Origin: the human T2T-CHM13v2.0 reference genome, Homo sapiens
DNA length: 64,000 nucleotides
NCBI RefSeq assembly: GCF_009914755.1
Contig: NC_060947.1
Direction: 5' to 3' (one strand)
Position numbers and translations under genes: made by a program. Below the pieces are notes generated by a model. It had not been told where the DNA came from. It did not search any database and saw only the letters and a program-made list of their open reading frames with translations. Positions 33,388 through 52,776 of the stretch are shown in pieces. The first letter of the stretch is position 1, and every line of letters begins with the position of its first letter.

Positions 33388-35109
33388 AGCAGTTTCCTTT
33401 CAGCCATAACATGAATGACCTTTTTTAATGGCCAAAATTGAAGTTTGTCAGGTTCTAAATCACTAATATGTTTTTGAATTTAAAAATTTTTGAAGGTTTA
33501 CTTCTGGAATTTTTAAGACCAACCATTAGATTTATAAGGCTGTTAATAAGATTCCTAAACCTATTGTTTTGCCTTAAGGAAAGTATGGTTTACCTTTTGT
33601 GTTATCCCAAACAAATTCATCTCCCCATATAGCAAAATGGAATATGCTACTAAATAGTTGAAATTTAGGGTAATGGAGTTTGGGATATGTTTATTATTCA
33701 TGAATAGTAAGTCAAAAGTTTTTAAATGAAAACATTTGTGTATTCTCATGCTTTGATTGTTGATTCTGCAAAATAAAATCTTAAAAATTACAAAAAGCAT
33801 CTGATAAACTTCTTAATTTAAAAGAACACTCAGAAATTTACTTTCAGGTATTTAAAAAAAGAGGGAGGCTATCAAACTGATTAGGACTGAAGAAGAACTG
33901 AAGAGATAATGTCACCTTGTTGGTTTTGGGTGAGGGAAAATTGAATGAGATCATGCTTTCTTTCTGTCTTGCTTTCTCAAGATAAAGCTTTTCCACTCTT
34001 CTGTCTGCTTACTGATTCAGGGTGGCAGGCACAAAACAAAACGTTCCGGTTATATTTTCCATCCTGTTTATATTTAAATTGGCTGTTTATTCTTTAATAA
34101 AGTGTATAACTGTTGGTCTATAACATTATGAATGTGGGATTAAGTGGTTAGACTTAGCAGGAATTTGAAAATCAGGGTCCAAATGTACTACCCTAAGTAC
34201 AGTAGCAGAATTACTTCTATAAAGAAAACTTCCCTAAGTTACAGCATCTGGCTCATAGCATTATCATTACAGTGAAGTTTACCATCACTCATATTAGTGA
34301 TGTGTTACTTCCCACTTACTCCTAACCCTGCTTAGGTAATGCAAAACTATAATTTAGAAAGTGTGATTTAAAGAAGATGCAATATAATGGTACTCATTGT
34401 AAACATATATCCAGATTTCTTTCTTCACATATAATTTATCTGTATTTTTAAATTTATTTTGTCTAATGAAAGACTTTTAAAAGCTCATTCTCTCGAGCAG
34501 TGAATTCTCAGCTAGTGAGCCAGGACAGTCTGCCTCATCAAAAGAATTCTGCTAATTGCTTTAGCCAATTTCTGAGGTAATAAGCTGGGAGAGGGAAGAG
34601 GTTGGTTACTCATGCATAGGTGACTTTTTGCTAACAGTGTGATTTTTAGGAAGTGAAGACCACAAAAGCTTTTTGACTTGTGGCAGAATTCATTATGATG
34701 AGACTTTAGCTGTACCAGGTAACAGATTGCCAAATAAAACACCAAACAAGCAAGATTGGTCAGTTACAATCCAGTCTGTAGTAGTCTGATCCAGCATAGT
34801 GTTATGTTTATGGATTCAATTCCCTCCTCGAAGTCATACAATTGAGGCATCTCAGTAGAAATAAAACAAAATAAACAAATTTTGTAGGGAAGCTCCTATA
34901 CATTTGAATGGTAAGGGCATATAACTATTAATACTTTATGAGACCATGGTATTTTGCAGCCAATCTTAAGGATAAATCTACATTGTGTTCAGGATTCTGT
35001 GTTGGGCCAGACTTAACAATGACCATTATGTGTAGAAAATAGCAACCATTGTTGCTGAATTAAACTCTCTCTGGAGATTTAAACATTTTTTTAAAAAATT
35101 AAGCTAATA

Positions 35110-35414
35110 GGCCAAGCGTGGTAGCTCACGCCTGAATCCCAACACTTTAGGAGGCCGACGCGGGCGGATCACTTGAGGACAGGAGTTTGAGATCAGCCTG
35201 GGCAACGTGGCGAAAGCCCGTCTCTACTAAAAACACAAAAAGATTAGCCAGGCATGGTGGTATGCATCTGGTCCCAGGTACTCGGGAGGCCGAGGTGATA
35301 GGATCACCTGAGCCTGGGGGAGGTTCAGGCTGCTGTAAGCTGTGATTGCACCACGGCACTCAGCCTGAGTGACAGAGGGAGACTCTGTCTTTAAAAAAAA
35401 GAAAAGAAAAGAAA
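35110..35414 (+). mobile_element. AluJ
   Basis: TSD aagctaata. Confidence 0.9.
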
Positions 35415-36604
35415 AAGCTAATAAAACCTTGATGACAACATAGCCAAAGAAATTAATCAGAGAAGAGTGGTGATTAGAAACAGAAAGCATAGTGGAATAG
35501 ATGAATTACACCTGGCAAAGGAACTCTAAACTATATTATGTAAAGCTCAGGACAGTCTACTTGTCTGAAAAAGAAATACCAAAAGTATACACATGCAAAA
35601 ATTTGGATTTTTCAGCTGGACTTTTTGTGAAAGGTTCCCTCCCACCCCAAATTCAAAAGAAGTATAAAGCAGGCCATTCATGGCAAACTCCCAATGAAAT
35701 GGAATTAATTTGTATTGTGTTTTGAAAGTGTATATATGTGCTTGCAGGAATTACATGGAAGAATTATACTGACATAGAGTGGCTCTCAAAGTGAATAATG
35801 GAATCTTAAGGATGTTTTATTAAACAGCGAGTCAACTATTTTTCTCCGTGAATGTGACTCCACAATGATAGTGGAAGTCAGAAAATATTTCACATGCAAA
35901 TATATCTGAAATTCTTCATGGATGTATTTAACGCTTTGAAGTGATGGCAACATCTGGTAGCAAGTAGAAGCCAGCGTCTTAAAAGCTATGGCTTCATGTT
36001 ACTACTTCATCTGAATTAGTCATTTAAAGGGGATTTTATATGTCTTCCTAAAAACTGACGAGGTTAATCTTAGACTAGGGCAGGCTGGCAGGAAATGCTA
36101 AAGCGGCTCTTTCTTTTGAAGGTTTTGTTATTCCTTGTGAGGTCAAAAAGTAGTTGTTTTAAAGTTTGGAAAGCTAAAGCAGTGATGTTTTGACTCTTGA
36201 CAGTGAGATGTTTTTCTTTTTTTTGGGGGGAGGGTGTGTGTGGCAAGTTTGAGGAAAAACTTGATACACTGAGAGTTCTTTATACTTTCCACTCCACTTA
36301 TTTTCTCTCAAATGAATTTATTTTCTAAAGGTGCAGAATTTAGAAATTCGTTTCAATTACCAAATCTGAGCATGGATTTGGTGCTATTAGAAGATGTAAC
36401 CACCATGTGTTTGGCCAGATTAGCTTTCAGGAATGATCGTATCTTACAGAGTTAGCCAATGGAACAAGAGTAGATGCCTTTTATCCTTATTTATTTGCTT
36501 TGCATTAAAAAGACAAATGCTGAAAGTTTATTCTTGACTATGAAATAAACCACTATAATATATGACACTGAGTTAATTCCTTTAGGATGCTATGTCTTCC
36601 ACAT

Positions 36605-36725
36605 ACATCCATTTAATAAATATTTGTTGAGTGCCTACTGTATGCCAGGCACTGTTCTATAAGCTGAAAATAGATTGCTGGACAAAACAGACAAAAAATC
36701 ACTGCCCTCTTAGAGCTTATTAAAT
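36605..36725 (-). mobile_element. L2 3' end
   Basis: aataaatatttgttgagtgcctactgtatgccaggcactgttcta. Confidence 0.8.
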
Positions 36726-37735
36726 ACGAAAACAGTAGAGCAATTTAAAATTATTTAATGCTATCACTCAGCTTTTAAAGATCTTCACTGAATGAGTTTT
36801 GAGAACTTTTGCACATATTATCTACAGCTTGAATAGGGAAAAAATGACATTTTGTTTGAAATCTAGTTCAAGAAGCTAGAAGCTGATAAGTAAAGTAAAT
36901 ATTTTATTCTGTGATGATCATTTTCAGTTTTCATTTATCAGTGTTATACTTAGGCCTCTTGAGGAATGTTACTAGTTTAACTTGTGGATTTCCTCCTGAG
37001 GATGGGCTTAATTTGTATTGGGGGAGGTGGTGAAAGGACCTAGTAGCCCTGGAATTTAATGTAAAGTCGTGGCATTTGTAAAACTATCTTCTGTCATTTG
37101 AAAAATTATAGAATACTTAAATGTATTTAATGCTCCCTGTGGAAAATGAATGTATTGCTCAGTTATTTTTGCCTATGTGAGTAGTACAAGAGCTGACTCA
37201 AAGGAGATGACATGATGGTTCCTGTCCTGAAGTGAAATAAGATGATGGGTTGTGGTGGAAAAATGATGTGGTCATGCCCATATTTGCTCACATCTCTTGT
37301 TCGTTTCCTTTTATAGAGGGAAACCAGGGAAAGTCTCATTTCTTATTTTTTGTTTCCTTTTTGTATTTTCTTTCATACGCCATTTCCCTTTCTTTTTTTC
37401 TTAAAATTGCATTATAGTGACTTCCAATTCAATTGGCTCAAGTTGTACTTGGTAATGACATAAAGAAATACCGCTTAGAAAGGTCATAGTGGAAGCATTA
37501 TACCCATTTTAGGGAATTGATTATATATATAGACACAGCCACTCTGAGCCCCTTGAGGATATGAAAAGCATGTTGCAGAAATCCTCATATTTCCTGATGC
37601 CAACTAGTATAGTGCCTTTTACAGAATATATGCTTAATCGGTATTTATCTATTGAACAAATATGAGCCATGAAATTTAATTTTGCTCTCCAAAATCCCAA
37701 GTCCTTTATATAAGTAGGCAGAAATTTTAAAAAGT

Positions 37736-38041
37736 CTTTTTTTTTGTTTGTTTGTTTTTTGAGACAGAGTCTTGCACTGTGGCCTGGGCTGGAGTGCAGT
37801 GGTGCAATCTCAGCTCACTGCAAGCTCCGCCTCCTGGGTTCAAGATTTTCTCCTGCCTCAGGCTCCTAAGTAGCTGGGATTACAGGCACCCGCCACCACG
37901 CCCAGCTAATTTTTTGTATTTTTAGTAGAGACGGGATTTCACCATGTTGGCCAGGCTGATCTCAAACTCCTGACCTCGTGATTTGCCCTCCTCAGCCTCC
38001 CAAAGCACTGGGATTACAGGTGTGAGCCACTGCACCCGGTC
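37736..38041 (-). mobile_element. AluS
   Basis: Alu consensus. Confidence 0.93.
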
Positions 38042-38344
38042 TAAAAACTTATTTTTATGGAATTATTCAAATACATAATGTAAAATAGCATTAAAAACCC
38101 CCAGCTTTAACAATTACCAGTATTTCATGTTCTTATTTCATCTTTGCTCTCCCCTTTTTTGAGATTTGCTTTAAAATAATCCGCATATTGTTTTACCGAT
38201 AAATACTATAGTATACTTCTTAGTTTTTAATATTTTAAGATAGTAGTGTTTGCATTTCATATGGAGTTTTACTTTTAAACCCTTTCTGTGCTACTTTATG
38301 CAAGAGAAAGAAATTCTTAACCGCTTATCAGAAGAAAAATCTAA

Positions 38345-38636
38345 TTTTTTTTTTTTTGACGGAGTTTTGCTCTTGTTGCCCAGGCTGGGGTGCAATGGTG
38401 TGATCTCGGCTCACAGCAACCTCCGCCTCCCGGGTTCAAGCCATTCTCCTGCCTCAGCCTCCGAATAGCTGGGATTACAGGCCTGTGCCACCACACCCGG
38501 CTAATTTTGTATTTTTACCGGAGACGGGGTTTCTCCATGTTGGTCAGGCTAGTCTCGAACTCCAGACCTCAGGTGATCCACCTGCCTCGGCCTCCCAAAG
38601 TGCTGAGATTACAGGCGTGAGCCACTGCGCCCGGCC
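38345..38636 (-). mobile_element. AluSp-like
   Basis: TSD aagaa(a/t)aatctaattt. Confidence 0.93.
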
Positions 38637-38740
38637 AAGAATAATCTAATTTGCTGTGTATGAGTAGGATGTTAACTCATTTTGTAACATATATTTCCTT
38701 TCTTAATCTTTTAAAAAATTTTATTAAAAGTTTCTAAACA

Positions 38741-39100
<360 letters not shown>

Positions 39101-39352
39101 TTAGACATGAACCTGATTCAGCAAAATGTGCTTTGAAGTAGATAAGCTGTAGATTTTTGTCTTGCCTGAATTGATATTAAAGAGATGTTTTTTCTTTTCA
39201 CAGTTCAAAAGTACAGAACTCAGGTTAAAACCTAGATATGTAATTTTGTTAATTTTATTTTCAGTTTGAAAATTCTTGTTAAAACCTGCATACTTTATAG
39301 GTTTGCTGTCTCTAAAATTAGATGGCTCCTTCATAAATATTACTGAATAAAG

Positions 39353-41019
<1,667 letters not shown>

Positions 41020-41298
41020 AGTTGGGTTTTTTGTTGTTGTTTCCCTCCTTATCCCTTTGCCCCACCCCTCCACTTTTCTCCTATTCCCCTCTCCTTTCTT
41101 TTCTTTTTTTGAGTGAGAGAGAGACCCTCAGGATAGAAAATTGTAGAGCATGTGAGTTATTCCTTTGTATGTTTTTATTAGCTACGAACTGAACATGTAT
41201 GTCTTTTAAATTCATTCATTGCCCCATGTGTAGTTCGATGTATTTTGACCTTTTCTTTTATTTATTTTAAAATTTTGATTACTTAGTTACACAAATAA

Positions 41299-41620
<322 letters not shown>

Positions 41621-42127
41621 AGAATATTGAAATTAAGATATATTCTGACTTATTTTTCCCCAAATATGAAAAAAATGATTACATATATGACTTGATTATT
41701 AAAATTGACACATCCATGCAACAAGTTTATATACCTAATGCTGTGCCTGGTATGAATTTCCTAAACTTTCCAATATAGTCCCAAAATTACAGTAGTAGTT
41801 TCTTGAATGTAAACTTGTTGCCTGTTTTATATGTTAGATCCCTTTGCTTCTATGCTTCACTCACTATGTTTGTTTGTTCGCTTTGTTTTTATAAGTCATG
41901 AAGATGGAAAAAAAACTGTTTCATGAAAGGAAAATAGATGAGTGTTGTTGAGGTGTGTCATTAAGCACAGTGGGAGAGGCCTCCAATGTACGTGTCACAC
42001 ATGGAAAGTATACCTAGTACTGGGTGTGGTGGAGAGCATGACGTCTGGATGAAAGTTGTAAGAGACTTTAAAAATACTATGCCTAGCTTTTGTGTTACAA
42101 CTACATATTCCACTGATACTTATGTGA

Positions 42128-42517
<390 letters not shown>

Positions 42518-42840
42518 TAACTGTATGGTTTCTGTTTGTAACATCTAGAGAGAGTGACAGTGAGAATTTGGTTTCCGTCGGCTTTCCTTAGCATTCATTT
42601 TGATGAATTTGGGATGCAATTTAAAAGCTGTTTTCATTCTGTGGCCTGCTGATGAAAATGTAGAATTTATTGCAGAACCCTTGCCACCGTCTTGCATTCC
42701 CAAACCAGTGTTCATTACCCATAGTAAAAACCGAGATCCTGTTCACACACATGCACATACACAGACACGCTCCCCACCGCCCCCGTCACGCACACACCCA
42801 CACACACCTCGGATGGTGAGTGAGATAGAAGTTTAGTTTA

Positions 42841-43513
<673 letters not shown>

Positions 43514-44614
43514 TTATGTCCTACCTAGCATTTACTAAGTAGAAGATGTGCCCTTTTGAAGGGCATGTCTATTCCTAGAACTTTAACTACAATGCTTTGC
43601 AGTAGAAATATATGCTATTGTATTAAGGTGAAGTGACTTTAGAATTAGTAACTCGGTGTTGACAGATCATGCTGATCGAAGATTAGCCTTGGAGTTTGGA
43701 AAGCTGGAGAGCATGTATATTCCAGATGACCAGGAAAGGAAAAGTCAGAAAAACAGTTTTTAAGTAGTACTGTTATAACGACCTGTAAAACTTGAAACGA
43801 GAGAAAGCTGTCTTCTAAAATGAAGAATTACATATTTAAAACATTAATTTCCTCAATGATACTGCTACATATCTGAAAAGGGTGGTTACGTAGCATTTGG
43901 GACAGACCCGTCTCAGTGGTTTGAGGCAACAGGTGTGGCTGAAGAAAAGGTAAGGCTGGGGAAAAACCAACATTTCTGGTCTAAACTGATACTGTCTTCT
44001 TACCTGAGGCAGTTTCCTATGCCCTGGTTTTCTCTGTCTGAAAAATGCATGATAACACATACTCTTCAAATTAGCTCAAAATGCTTGGTAGTTACCTACT
44101 ATTCCCTGACAGGCCACAGGCAGATAGTTCTATGCTTGTTTTAGAAATGGAGAATTTGGTACTCAGAAAAGTTGAAGAAGCTTCATTTCATTCACATAGT
44201 GAGTCAGCAACAAGGACAGACGGAAAAACATGTCCTATGACTCCTGCCATTGTATTCCTTCTCTTCTGCATTGTGTTGCCTTTTGATATTTCACGAAGGT
44301 TTTGTGATTGGTGAAATAAATTAAAGCACTTCCATGAAGGAGACAAAATGTAACCCAGTGTCTGCTGATGGTGGTTAGTGACGAGGACAGGAGAACACTG
44401 CCTCATAATGGGGACTATCCGGTGAGGGCTCCTTTTCACAGGTGCCCACACTGTGAGTCACCTCCTTATGCTGAGAGTTCGGTATGCTATCATAAAATAC
44501 TTTGTTGTGTATTATTTATGAAGGACTAGAGTATCTATTGTCTCACTTTCTTTCATTCTCATGAGGTAGATTACAGCAGCAGATGGCATTATGCATGCTT
44601 TATCCCAGACACAA

Positions 44615-45260
44615 GAAAATAATATCTGCCACTTACTGAGTACCTTGCTGGACCCAGACACTCTTACATATTTATATCTTCCCATTGGGTCATCCCGTGG
44701 ACCTTGTGAAATATGTGGAATAGCTCCATTGTTATAGATATGAACCCGGGGCTCAGAGAAGCTAAGTAATTTGTTCAGGGTCACACAGACTTACAGGTCT
44801 GTCAGACTCCTAAGACCCTGATGCTTTCATTGTGCTGCATTTCCTTCAAATTATGAACTTGCCCTATGTCAGCACAGAAACGGCCTCTTCAGCCTAGCCC
44901 AGTGCTCCAACTGATTGTTCTCTCTCATAAAAGGCACTCACAACTAACCACTTGCTTGATTTAGGAATTCACTGATTAGATTGCTAGACCAGTTAAAGGC
45001 AAATTTCAATAATGAGAGCAGTTATCACGTATCTAGTACTTACCATGCGCCAGACTATGATCTAAATTTATGACACATATTAAATCATTTAAGCCTTACA
45101 ACCATGTATAAAATAGTGAACTGCGATATGATGGAGTTGCTCTTATCTTCATCCCGGGATGAGAAAATAGAGGCAGAAGAGTTTTAAGCAATTTGCACAG
45201 TTAATAAAGTGTGGAGCCAGAATTTGAACCCAATCTGGCTCCAGACCTCTTTACTACAGC
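44615..45260 (-). mobile_element. Two MIR fragments (~44615-44840, ~45010-45260)
   Basis: gctcagagaagctaagtaatttgttcagggtcacacag; gagccagaatttgaaccc. Confidence 0.75.
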
Positions 45261-45839
45261 TCTCAGTTAGAAAATTATTTCTAACTGAGATATTTCGGTT
45301 CAGCAAGTGTTGGCTTAGTTCCTGTGTGCTATGCCAGCAGAAAATATAGTTCCTACACAGAAGAGCTTACATTTTTGACATAAATCAAAATGTATATACT
45401 TGAAATAAATGCTACAACACCTTAGCATATGGGGTGTAAATGTTGTGTATGGATCAGCATGAATAATAGAGACTGTTAGTGAGTGGCTTGAGAGTTAATT
45501 TGCCTTCGCAAGTAATGTTCTTGACTATGGACGAGTGACTTGGGCACTGGGGAGAAGCTGTTCCATGTGTTCTAAAATAAGCAGGTTACTTGGCTACTGT
45601 TCAAACTCTAAATAGGTATATGGGTTGTAGCTATTTGACCTGAACTAACTTTAAATTCCCCTGAGTCCTTATATGATTTTGGGGAAAAAAAAAAAAGGAA
45701 GAAGAAAAAAGAAAACTTTTCTCTGTAAATGCTGCATTTAAATTAGAATTTATTAAATTCTCTGCAAAATACCGCCAGGCTGACAGGAAGGGGATTCGTA
45801 AGTATTGTATCATTCTTTTGTCAGGGTGTTCTCTTTTTC

Positions 45840-45981
45840 TAGCAGGAAGTGTTGTGACTTGCTTTCTAAAGTTGCAATTGTAAGAAGAATGTTGGGTTTC
45901 CAGATTGCTCTTCTGGGCGTGGGAGAAGGTTCTGTCTATCAGTGCTGCGAGAAAGGAAAGAAACAAGTTTGCTCTCAGCGG
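45840..45981 (+). other. PLS3: Alternative non-coding first exon / internal promoter of PLS3 (start approximate)
   Basis: Donor CAGCGG|gtaact at 45981/45982; ETS motif CAGGAAGTG (45843-45851); KLF/SP motif GGGCGTGGG (45915-45923); Alu-free surroundings. The junction CTCTCAGCGG-ATCTTTAAATG matches a PLS3 5' UTR as I recall it. Confidence 0.72.
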
Positions 45982-46970
45982 GTAACTATTTTAATATTAT
46001 TTTGACAGGCTCTAACTTTGAGATTACTAAATCTAAATTTAAATACTAAATGATTAAGCAGGAATTTACGTCAAAAAGCTTGAAATTCCTGTTATTTATT
46101 TGGGTAAACATTTGGAGTCACTTTAAAAATATTATTTATTCAAGTAGAATAAAATTTTTGTTAAGAGAAAATTTTGAAGTTTAGATTCTAACCTGTTCTG
46201 TGTGTATTCTGTATTTTTCTTTATTTAGAGAATGTTTAGGGAGTTTATACTTTTTAAAAATGGGTTTTGAAATCCTAATTATACAGCCGTATTTATCAAG
46301 TTAAGTATCTAAAACACTAAATAATAGAAATTATTGTCTATATTTGTGGTGGGGGTGGGATTTCAAATGCTTTTGATCCCAGTTACATGGTTTTTCAAAA
46401 TTCTGTAAAATGGAGGTTGAGGTGGCTGTCATGACAGAACATGTCACGATTAGATTGATATTATACTCTTCCTACGTGAGTTAAATCAAACAGTTGTCTT
46501 AGTGTTTATAATTTACAAAATAATAAACATCACTGGTGATTAAATTTTGATGGCGTTATTGGTACTTGGCAGCAATAGTGATTTCTGGTGCTCACATACA
46601 TTAGGATTTTCCATCACATGGTTGTCATATAAGTTTAATTTCCCCATATTTCTGGCAAAGGGAAGTATAGCTAGTTATACAGTCAATCCTCACTCTGAGT
46701 TGAGTCACCTCTCGGACTGGTTGTACTTAATATGCGCATATGAAGTAAAAAGTGAAGCATGAAACAAAACAAACCAGTTTTTTCAATTAACAAGTGCTGT
46801 ATTTGCTAACATATAAGCAAGGTATATAACACTGCAAGAGGCATTTTCAGTGACTTGCCGATAGCTTTCTGCTTCGTGTATATAGTGATTTGAGTTGTAG
46901 GTCACAATATTTTATGGCATTTTTATTTTGAATTGAAGTGAAGCATGGTAACTAGTCTGATCTTGCCTAG

Positions 46971-46987
46971 CCTCTCTCTCTCTCTCT

Positions 46988-47040
<53 letters not shown>

Positions 47041-47052
47041 CCCACACACACA
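46971..47052. repeat. (CT)n(CA)n compound microsatellite
   Basis: Read directly. Confidence 0.92.
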
Positions 47053-48025
47053 TATCCCTGAAAGTTGCCCTTGGCTTCACTCAAACATATGTTAATTTTC
47101 ATAAGAAAGGAAACTGGTGGAAATACTTCTTAGGTATGAAAATTAATTAATTTCATTAGCAGCAGATTTATTTTCCCATAAATTATTCAGATTTTGGGGG
47201 TAGATGTAAAAGTTTACTTAGGCATGGAAGACATTAGACCTTTTAAAAGCAAAGTGGGCTATTTCAATCTAAGAAGTTAGTTAATGTACCTTAGCTTTCT
47301 GAAGCTAGGGGAAGGAGAGGTGTCTTTTTGTTGTGTCTTTGGGTTTGAAATAGTATTCTTCATCCTAGGAAAAAGGGCTTTTAGACTATAATTGAGACTT
47401 GCATTAAATAGCTGCAAAATTCTTGCCTGAGAAACGTTTAAATGATGTCTTTAATCTGACCAAATTGAATTGAATATTTCTATTATTGGAAAAAGCTACG
47501 TATTAATTTATTTTTAAATAGCCATTGCTTTCAGATCTTATCTTTGTTTATTAAGTATAAAAAGAGGAAAGGAAACTTTTACCTAAAATGGAGGTATTTG
47601 ATATTCCTCCAGGAAATGACACAGGATTGGGCACCCTTTGGGGTTTAAGTGACTCATAGATATTGGTACTGAAAACAAAACAAAACAAAAGATCAGTTAG
47701 AATCTAGCTAATGATCAATTATAGCACAGAATAGAAGTATTTCCAGAAAAATGAACTCATTTCTTAATAGCTATGTAGGGGTGAAATCACAGGATTTCTG
47801 AGATTTGCTTTAAAATAATTCATGGAAGAGAGACAGGGAAGGAGGGAGGGAGAAGAAAGGACAGGAAGAGAGAATAGATGAACCAAGCAAATGTGGGGAA
47901 ATCTGGATAAATGTAGAATCTGTGATGGGTTTATGGGTGTTTTTTGTGCTATTTTCTCTTGTATATATTGAAAATATTGACAATAAAAAATGTTAGTAGA
48001 CCTTTAGTTTGGGGCAATTTATATT

Positions 48026-48265
48026 TATTTTCTTTCTTTTTTTTTTTTTTTTTTTTGAGATGGAGTCTCACTCTGTTGCCCAGGCTGGAGTGCAGTGGCA
48101 CGATCTTGGCTCATGCAACCTCCACCTCCCGGGTTCAAGCAGCTCTCCTGCCTCAGCCTCCCGAGTAGCTGGGATTACAGGCACCCACCACCACGCCCGG
48201 CTAATTTTTGTGTTTTTAGTAGAGATGGGGTTTCACCATACTGGCCAGGCTGGTCTTGAACTCCT
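48026..48265 (-). mobile_element. 5'-truncated AluS
   Basis: Alu consensus stops after gaactcct. Confidence 0.9.
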
Positions 48266-48903
48266 TATATTTACTTCTAAATGTCAACTTTTATCTATAA
48301 ATTGCAGGCCTGTCAAAACATGATGTATGCATGATGTGTATGACTGTAAAGGTGAAATGTGCTGCTTGAATGCCAAAATGGTTGAAAGTAAAAACTGCTT
48401 CTGAAAAGGTTTATTTCTGTTTGATTTTCAGCTAAATTCAAAGGACAGGTCACAAACATCTTGAAGAGTTTTTTAGTATCTTGAAGTATTAAACAAGGGT
48501 AGTTAAAGCATGATAACAGGCCAATTGTATGTGAAGAATGTGAAGACGTTATTGAACTTGACTATTTTGTTCACAGCTTTCTCCAATAGAGTATGTGTTT
48601 TTAAAACCACGTGAGAGGACTATATAGCCTGCATGATGTATAGGTCTGCGCACTTTCCCTACTCACCTCCATCGAAGTTTATTTATTGAACAAACATTCG
48701 GTAGGTGCTTGTGGTGAGCCAAGATACAAAGTCAAATAAGATACCAACCGTGCTTTTAAGGAGCTCACAGGCTCGTGGAGGAGATAGAGAAAGAAATAGA
48801 TGTCATCACGCTGAAAGCTGAAAAGGGCTATAGGAATATGGGGAAGGGGAGGAACGGGTTAGCAACTATGACCCTATGACGCATCTCCTTTAAAATAATA
48901 CAA

Positions 48904-49549
<646 letters not shown>

Positions 49550-50367
49550 TTAATTGGTTGTGGGTATTACAGTGGTAGAAGAGGGCTAAAATGGCTTAGT
49601 CTAACCCCATGCATAACTTTGCAAATAACTCTTCTGCTCTCATCTCTCTTCCCCGCCCTTCTTAATAAACCTTTATTTCTTTCTTATGCATCCACAGGGG
49701 TTATTGGAGCAGTGTACGTGCAGAACAGAGCAATCTCTTCTTCACATTAAAGAGTAGACTGATGTTTAAGTCTCCCTTAAAGGTTTTAGATATATCCAAG
49801 GCCAAATTATAGTTATTAGGTAGGCAGCTACTTGGAGTTGGATAAAGGGTAGAGTTAGCCTTCAGTCACAGATAGAGCCTTCTAAAGTTCATTTCTCAAT
49901 TGATTTGGAATTTGAAACATATTTTGTCATGGAAATAGTAGTAGGGTTTTTCAGGTTACTTTACAAGTATTCCTGAAATTTTATATTATGTTATCTGGCA
50001 TGATATGGTTTTGTTCTATGATATCTTATTTTATTTTCATTGTATTCTATGTGAATTGTAGAAGCACAGTTGCTAAATATATCCAGATTTATGTTCCATC
50101 AGCCAGTTACTTTATTCTCTAGTTCCTGATACTATACAATCTAATCAGTGTATATAATAATGCCTCATGAGAAAATACTGTCAATTTTATTTGAGGTACC
50201 TAATGATGTCCTCTGTTTAGTTGTACAATTTGCAGCTGAAATATTAAGTAGAATGAACAGAAGAGCTAGACCTGAAAAATAACTTACCGAAGTAAAGTCT
50301 GCTATACGTGGTGATTATTTCTTTCATAGATGTTTGCTCACCACATTGACTATAAGAAGAAATTTTT

Positions 50368-50665
50368 GGCTGGGCATGATGGCTCATACCTGTAACCTCA
50401 GCACTTTTGGAGGCCAAAGCAGACAAATCACTTGAGCCCAGGAGTTCAAGACCAACCTGGAGAACATGGCAAAACCCCATCTCTCCAAAAAATACAAAAA
50501 TTAGCTGGGGTGATATTGCGTGCCTGTAATCCCAGTTACTCAGGGGGCTAAGGTGGGAAGATTTCTTGAGCCCAGGAGTTGGAGGCTTCAGTTACCATGA
50601 CACTGCACTCCAGCCTGGGCGACACAGCGAGATTCTATTTCAAAAAAAAAAAAAAAAGAAGAAGG
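50368..50665 (+). mobile_element. AluJ
   Basis: Alu consensus; flanking gaag(a/c)aattttt. Confidence 0.9.
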
Positions 50666-51567
50666 AGAAGAAGCAATTTTTGATAATGCTGATGTGCTAG
50701 AATTAATGCACAGTAAAACACTTCACCACTTTTTCTTCTGCTTCAACCTTTCCTAGACTTTTAGGACTAGGAACCTATGACACACGTGAGGGCATTTAGG
50801 TTTTGACTCCCTTATTTTGACTTTCAGAGCAACAAATCATTAAATAAAAATTATGCATATAGCCTCTTAAGCCTTTACAATTACTCCTTTACCAAGATTC
50901 CGTGAAAGTTTTCTAAAATGAGTCAAGCAAAATTCCAAGCCACTTGTTCTTGAGAAAAATCTTGAAAGAAAAAATTTTTAAATGAAAAGTAAATCACATA
51001 GATACTTGAGTGTTTGTTTTATATTAAGACTAAGTTATTAGCACTGATACAATGGGAGTGGTTGTTCACAATACTTAGCATTCATGAGGCTGAAATTAAG
51101 CAGTATTAACAAAGAGAAGCAGAAGCCTGTCATATGTAGGAATGAATGTGTCATAGGAGAAAGTAAGCGTTTGTGTGCTTTTTTTTCAGAATATTGCCTG
51201 TTTTATGATCAGTGCCAATTTAACACCAATGTTTTAAATAAATGACTTTTAGAACTCTGTATGAGTCTTTACTGAACTCATTGTCTATATTCTGTATGTT
51301 TTATACAATTAAAGTTTTGGTTATTTTAGTTCAAGGCTTAAGTGAATCCCTTATCCTTTTAAATAATGAAAACAAGTTAGTATTAGCTGGAGGGGGTTAC
51401 TATCTCCATTTTCTGGCAACTGTTCTTATTTCTCGATATCATGGTCATATTTGTTAGGAGCTTTTTAAGTTATTTTCCAAAGGCTATATATACTAGGCAT
51501 GGACCTTCTCTCTGCAAAGCAATGTGTAGTCTCTTTGTTTTTGTTTTTCTGGGAAGAGTAGTTAATT

Positions 51568-52278
<711 letters not shown>

Positions 52279-52494
52279 GAGAAATACATCTTTTTAATTG
52301 TGCTTCACAGCTTTGTGTCCTGGGCAAAGTCAACGACTATCCCAGGCACTTGTTTATTCCCTAATACAATTTAGGGAATGAAGTTATGGAACTCTACAGA
52401 CTTCTTAGCTTTCAAATTCTCATTGCTGTGATCACTGGATATTGGGAATACTGGGAATTTTCACTCCCTCTAAACATTGCAGTTGGTTGGAGTA

Positions 52495-52776
52495 TTTTAT
52501 TCATTTTTTATGTTTATTTTTTTAGAGGCAGGCAACCATAGCTCACTGCAGCCTCAAACTCCTGGGCTTCAGTGATCCTTCTGCCCCAGCCTTCCTAGTA
52601 GCTAGGACTACAGGCTCAGGCCACCATGCTGGCTGATTTAATTTTTTTTTTTTTTTTAAGAGAAGGAGTCTCGCTATGTTGTACAGGTTGGTCCCAAACT
52701 CCTGGCCTCAAGCAGTTCTCCCACTTCTGCCTCCCAAAGCACTGGGATTATAGGCATGAGCCACCACCCTCAGCCT
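52495..52776 (-). mobile_element. AluJ with right-arm deletion
   Basis: Alu consensus; flanking cagttggt. Confidence 0.87.
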
